Positions 33,325-35,914 of a DNA stretch of 35,914 nt are shown here, piece after piece. Position 1 is the first letter of the stretch; each line of letters opens with the position of its first letter. The stretch is from an uncultured Anaerolineaceae bacterium. GTDB lineage: Bacteria > Chloroflexota > Anaerolineae > Anaerolineales > UBA4823. The notes below the pieces were generated by a model, which saw only the letters and a program-made list of their open reading frames with translations, had not been told where the DNA came from and made no database searches. Both the position numbers and the translations under genes were made by a program. The stretch is from the NCBI GenBank assembly GCA_964484335.1, contig CAZAGA010000001.1, positions 4,640-40,553 of the forward strand, given 5' to 3'.

Positions 33325-33978
33325 GTGGAAAAACAGCGTATTTTGCTGGTGGATGATCACGAAGTCGTACGGTTGGGGTTGAAAGCGCTGCTCGAACGCC
33401 ACCCATCCTTTGAGGTGGTGGCGGAAGCGGGAACTGCGCGCGAAGCGGTTGAACAGGTTGAATCGCTTCAGCCGGATGTGGTAGTGATGGATATTCGCCT
33501 ACCGGGCGGATCTGGAATTGAAGCCTGTGAAGAAATCGCCGATCGTTTTCCACAGTCAAAAGTAATTATGCTAACATCGTATGCCGAAGATGAGATGCTC
33601 TTTTCTGCCATTCGCGCTGGCGCATCTGGCTACGTTCTCAAGCAAATTGGCGGCGAAGACCTGGTAAGGGCAATTGAAGCGGTCGGGCGAGGCGAGGCGC
33701 TGCTCGACCCTGCGGTTACTCAGCGCGTCTTCCAGGAAGTACGCAAGGCAGCCAAGGAGGAAGAAGCTTCTTCTTTCTCGGCGTTAACCCAACAAGAAAA
33801 GCATGTTTTACTATTGGTTTCGGAAGGCAAGACCAACCGCGAAATCGCCAAAGGACTTTTCCTAGGCGAAGGCACGGTCCGTAATTATGTTAGTAGCATT
33901 CTATCCAAGCTGGGCGTTTCCAACCGGGCCGAGGCGGCTGCCTACGCTGTCGAGCACAATCTTAAGGATTATTTGTAA
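33325..33978 (+). CDS. NarL/LuxR-family response regulator (receiver + HTH)
   Basis: GTG start. Contains [33 protein letters not shown] and the [54 protein letters not shown]. Confidence 0.9.
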   Translation: MEKQRILLVDDHEVVRLGLKALLERHPSFEVVAEAGTAREAVEQVESLQPDVVVMDIRLPGGSGIEACEEIADRFPQSKVIMLTSYAEDEMLFSAIRAGASGYVLKQIGGEDLVRAIEAVGRGEALLDPAVTQRVFQEVRKAAKEEEASSFSALTQQEKHVLLLVSEGKTNREIAKGLFLGEGTVRNYVSSILSKLGVSNRAEAAAYAVEHNLKDYL

Positions 33979-34325
33979 CCGGTATAGGAACTCTGGCATT
34001 CAGGACAGGCACAGATCGCCCGCAGGTAATCCCAGGTATAAATTCCGTAGTGGTGCCCATCCTCCCATTCCAGGGTAATGGCATAACCGCCAACTGCTTC
34101 GACATTCCGCAGCCGCATGGCTGCGGTATTTTCATCCGGCAGGCTGAATATCTCAGGATCCGGTAACTTCCCCATATTTTCGTGTCCACCGCGGCACTCA
34201 GCGCATGGGCAGGCGCGGCGCAGCACCGTAAAAGGATAAACGCTTTCATGGTCATCAGACCAGTTGATGATAAATTCCCGGCTGGTCCGGTTGGCAGTAA
34301 TGTTTACTGGTTTCAATGAACTCAT
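33969..34325 (-). CDS. DUF971-family protein (gamma-butyrobetaine-hydroxylase-like N-terminal zinc-ribbon domain)
   Basis: 118 aa. Contains [12 protein letters not shown]...[22 protein letters not shown] and a C-terminal CxCPEC. A gaggt Shine-Dalgarno lies upstream. The 3' end overlaps the convergent response-regulator gene by 10 nt. Confidence 0.8.
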   Translation of the reverse strand: MSSLKPVNITANRTSREFIINWSDDHESVYPFTVLRRACPCAECRGGHENMGKLPDPEIFSLPDENTAAMRLRNVEAVGGYAITLEWEDGHHYGIYTWDYLRAICACPECQSSYTGYK

Positions 34326-34337
34326 TCTGACCTCATT

Positions 34338-34817
34338 TCATGGCGTTTGGGCTGGTTTGAGAAAATCAGCCACCGCCCATCCGCGGCGGGTGCGATCATC
34401 AGGATTTTCCAAATACCACCAGGTGTATCCATCCACAGTTTGTGGACCTTCGACAACCTGAAATTTCTCCCCTTCCTTCCCCAAGAGGCGCACCTGGCTG
34501 TCAAGCCCCGCTGTAAAGCGTAGGCGCAGCCCAGCACCACCAGTTCCGGAGACTGCGACGCTGCCGCCGACAAAATATTCACCTTCCTGGGGAGGTTCCG
34601 CCGGCGCACTTTGAGTTGGTGGTGCCGGCGGTGTGGGCGTGTCGCTAGGAGCGGGGATGATCTGCAAAACCGCAGTCCCCGCTGCAATCGGAGCAGCAGC
34701 GGGACGAGCGCTATAAAATAGTACTATAGCCAGTGCCATCAATACCAGGGCAACCAACAATCCACCCAAAAGCACGACCGGCCGGAATAGAATCTGGAGT
34801 TGGCGTTGAATACCCAT
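34338..34817 (-). CDS. Membrane-anchored protein with Pro-rich linker and bacterial SH3-like domain
   Basis: I start at the internal ATG 34817 (MGIQRQLQILFRPVVLLGGLLVALVLMALAIVLF...). The C-terminus FVGGSVAVSGTGGAGLRLRFTAGLDSQV...DGYTWWYLENPDDRTRRGWAVADFL fits an SH3_3-type fold. The longer track ORF (to 35039) would run across the divergent kinase promoter and start. Confidence 0.55.
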   Translation of the reverse strand: MGIQRQLQILFRPVVLLGGLLVALVLMALAIVLFYSARPAAAPIAAGTAVLQIIPAPSDTPTPPAPPTQSAPAEPPQEGEYFVGGSVAVSGTGGAGLRLRFTAGLDSQVRLLGKEGEKFQVVEGPQTVDGYTWWYLENPDDRTRRGWAVADFLKPAQTP

Positions 34818-34889
34818 GATGATTGATTTTACCTGAAATAACCTGTAAGCGGAAAACTTCCAGCGCTCCAAGGCTTCAGAGAGGCAGCC

Positions 34890-34898
34890 TGATATAAT
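34890..34898 (+). promoter_or_regulatory. Candidate extended -10 promoter (TGaTATAAT) for the right-hand kinase gene
   Basis: agccTGATATAATtggg lies 27 nt upstream of the ATG at 34925, with a caggag Shine-Dalgarno in between. Confidence 0.35.
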
Positions 34899-34924
34899 TG
34901 GGTACAGGAGCACAAGTTCAGGAT

Positions 34925-35914
34925 ATGCCAGAAGTCCATATTCTAAACCATCGTTATCGTCTTGACGAAATCCAGGCCACCGGTGGAATGGCGACGGTTT
35001 ACCGCGCGACCGACCTGATGCTTGAGCGAACTGTGGCAATTAAAATCCTGCGCACTGAGCTTTCGGATGATCCTGAGTTTCGCAACCGTTTTCGCCAGGA
35101 AGCTAAGGCGGCAGCCAATCTATCTCACCCAAATATTGTCACCGTACATGATTTTGGTCTCGACGCCGGACAGGTTTTTATTGTGATGGAGTACGTGCCG
35201 GGGACAGACCTGAAGACAATCTTACATAGCCGGGGTCGCCTTCCTATCCTGGAAGCGCTCGACCTGATCATCCAGGCCTGCAGCGGAATTGGACTTGCCC
35301 ATCGCGCTGGCCTGGTACACTGTGATATTAAACCGCAGAATATGCTGGTCACACCTGGGCAACAAATGAAGGTAGTCGATTTTGGCATCGCACACGCCAT
35401 CGCCAGTGCTTCGCCAGATGAAAAATCTGAAGTTGTTTGGGGATCGCCACAATATTTCTCCCCTGAACAAGCCAGTGGCTTGCCGCCGACTCCCGCTTCC
35501 GATGTCTATTCCTTGGGAGTCGTATTGTTTGAAATGGTGACCGGTCGCCTGCCCTTTACTGGCGCGACGCCAGAAGAACTAGCAGTCCAACATCGAGAGG
35601 CGCCGCCTCCTTCGCCGGGACGGCTGAATCCAGAAATTCCACCCGACCTAGAGCAACTTCTGCTTAAGGTGCTCTCCAAAGAACCTTCAGCTCGTTACCG
35701 GACCGCTGACCAGATGGGACAAATCCTGACTGGTATCCAACATAGGCTGATCAACGAAGCTGGATTGGCAGCTATCCCAGCTCCCTCGCTACCAGAACCA
35801 TCCCTGGTAAAACCACCTGGGACTTATCCCGAAAACTGGCTGGTTAACGAATCCGCCTCAACCCGACCAGGGCAGCCGGACTTAGGTGATTCCACCTGGC
35901 GCCCAGCACCTCCG
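34925..35914 (+). CDS. Hanks-type Ser/Thr protein kinase, N-terminal 330 aa (continues past the right window edge)
   Basis: Absent from the ORF track (no stop). Reads MPEVHILNHRYRLDEIQATGGMATVYRATDLMLERTVAIKIL...NLSHPNIVTVHDFG...GLVHCDIKPQNMLV...KVVDFGIA...GSPQYFSPEQA...SDVYSLGVVLFEMVTGRLPF. The open frame runs exactly to position 35914. Confidence 0.85.
   Translation, partial: MPEVHILNHRYRLDEIQATGGMATVYRATDLMLERTVAIKILRTELSDDPEFRNRFRQEAKAAANLSHPNIVTVHDFGLDAGQVFIVMEYVPGTDLKTILHSRGRLPILEALDLIIQACSGIGLAHRAGLVHCDIKPQNMLVTPGQQMKVVDFGIAHAIASASPDEKSEVVWGSPQYFSPEQASGLPPTPASDVYSLGVVLFEMVTGRLPFTGATPEELAVQHREAPPPSPGRLNPEIPPDLEQLLLKVLSKEPSARYRTADQMGQILTGIQHRLINEAGLAAIPAPSLPEPSLVKPPGTYPENWLVNESASTRPGQPDLGDSTWRPAPP

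Noticed and set aside
34818-35039. N-terminal 74-aa extension of the SH3-like ORF
   Set aside because: It would run through the divergent kinase promoter and the first 115 nt of the kinase coding sequence. The internal ATG at 34817 gives a sensible N-terminal membrane anchor.

Overview
About 36 kb of chromosomal DNA with dense coding on both strands. I found no tRNA or rRNA genes, CRISPR array, transposase, integrase or phage genes. The lipoprotein style, Thr/Pro linkers and Hanks kinases with beta-propeller ectodomains suggest a Chloroflexota/Anaerolineae-like organism, but this is inference only. Left to right: (1) the conserved rpmH-rnpA-yidD-[PQQ-propeller lipoprotein]-yidC-jag cluster on the minus strand, where rpmH and the truncated jag are absent from the ORF track; (2) folD; (3) a sugar ABC importer (binding protein plus two permeases); (4) a polytopic membrane protein divergent from the most interesting locus, 9841-15614. 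That locus is a Dlt-like envelope acylation gene set: a 39-aa microprotein ending WIYQGF, an MBOAT, an anchored SGNH protein, an SGNH-like lipoprotein, a carrier protein and a FAAL-like adenylating enzyme; (5) a Ser/Thr kinase with PD40 propeller, gyrB and a membrane protein on the minus strand; (6) a 480-bp AT-rich intergenic region; (7) a livJHMGF-type amino-acid ABC operon; (8) a cinA, mtaD-CYTH fusion and inositol-monophosphatase operon; (9) a PP2C phosphatase, FHA protein and two orphan response regulators; (10) DUF971 and SH3-like genes, then a second, truncated Ser/Thr kinase with HCD in place of HRD. All functional calls come from reading motifs in the translations. No database search was run.
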